Source of the DNA: Carcharhinus longimanus
Taxonomy: Eukaryota
Assembly (NCBI GenBank): GCA_030264375.1
Contig: JASCQW010000119.1
Span: 8,220,817 to 8,284,816 of the forward strand
DNA length: 64,000 bases
Reading direction: 5' to 3'
Shown here: positions 63,150-64,000 of the stretch, piece after piece
How the letters are laid out: every line of letters begins with the position of its first letter
Numbering within the stretch: position 1 is the stretch's first letter
The notes under the pieces: generated by a model
Databases searched by the model: none
The model's input: the letters and a program-made list of their open reading frames with translations, nothing else
Told to the model about the DNA's origin: nothing
Translations under genes and position numbers: made by a program

Positions 63150-63875
63150 TTAAACAAATTGGTGGTAAAGTGGACAATGAAGAGTATTATGCAGGATTGC
63201 AATCGGGTCTTGATCAATTGGGCCACTGGGGTTGAGAAATGCGCATGGTGTTTAATTGAGATGAATTTGAGGTGATGCATTTTGATTGACATAACTAGGC
63301 CAGGAGTTACTCCGTTAATGATTGGGTGTTGTGAAGAGTTATACAACAAAGAGATCCAGGGTGCAGTTTGATAGCCCTTTGAAACTGGAATCATAAGTTG
63401 GGCATAGTCGTGAATAAGCTTTTTGGCAGGCTTGGTTTCATTGGTCAGCACTTTGAATACAGGAGATGGGGCATGATGCTGATGTTGCACAATCGTTCGG
63501 GAGACACTATAGCATAATGGCTTCGGAGGCAGGGTCACAAATAGTTTCGCACTGCTGCTTCACAGCTCCAGGGATCTGGGTTTGTTTCACGGCTTGGGTG
63601 ACAGTCTGGATGAAATTTGCACATTCTCCTCGTGTCTGCGTGGATTTGGTCCAATTTCCATACATAGCCCAAAGATGTGCGGGTTACGTTGAATGACCAT
63701 GCTAAAATTGCTTCTTACTGTCCTGAAATGTGTAAATTACAGGAAATAGCAGGTAAAAGTGTCGGCCTGAGCGGGATTGAGGTTGGTGCAGACTCGATGG
63801 GCCAAATGACCTCATTCTGCACTGTGAGGTTTCTATGATTGGCAAGAACACACTTGGAATATTGTGTTATCGGAC
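63150..63875 (+). mobile_element. Old CR1 RT fragment interrupted by a SINE
   Basis: aaattggtggtaaagtggac..ttgcaatcgggtcttgatcaattgggccactggg..; resumes after the SINE at 'ggcaagaacacacttggaatattgtg' (RTHLEYC). Confidence 0.75.
63525..63840 (+). mobile_element. HE1-like V-SINE
   Basis: 'cactgctgcttcacagctccagggatctgggt..tttgcacattctcctcgtgtctgcgtgg..gactcgatgggccaaatgacctcattctgcactgt..ttctatgatt'. Confidence 0.85.
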
Positions 63876-64000
63876 AACAAATTTTATGAAATTGGGCGCA
63901 CAAAATGGAAGCAAACTAAAGCTATCCTCAGAGCCCTTCACTAAAATCACAAAGTAACAGACACTGATCAGTAGGCAAAAGCATGCTTTTAGAATGTGAA

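Overview
Eukaryotic (vertebrate) genomic DNA, AT-rich and repeat-dense. The repeat set (HE1-type V-SINEs, several CR1 LINE subfamilies, a Rex1/Babar LINE, Penelope-like elements) points to a shark or other cartilaginous fish; this is inferred from repeat recognition, not a database hit. I recognise no intact protein-coding gene, so the window looks intergenic or deep-intronic. Nearly all ORFs in the track are spurious or transposon remnants. Main contents: (1) a decayed class I (gamma/epsilon-like) endogenous retrovirus pro-pol on the minus strand (~47.7-52.3 kb); (2) an intronless SPATA17 retrocopy inserted antisense into its RNase H FYVDG motif and ending in a CR1 LINE 3' tail instead of poly(A), i.e. 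an mRNA-LINE chimera; (3) four Penelope-like insertions with inverted termini and hammerhead-like cores, plus remnants of a second Penelope-like family; (4) a CR1 5' end with a predicted G-quadruplex/duplex hybrid in its 5' UTR; (5) nested LINE/SINE stacks, a probable solo LTR, and a transposon-poor stretch at ~22-27.6 kb that may hold conserved non-coding elements. Most 100-N gaps lie inside young CR1 copies, so those elements are probably collapsed. Coordinates of old repeats are approximate (read by eye).
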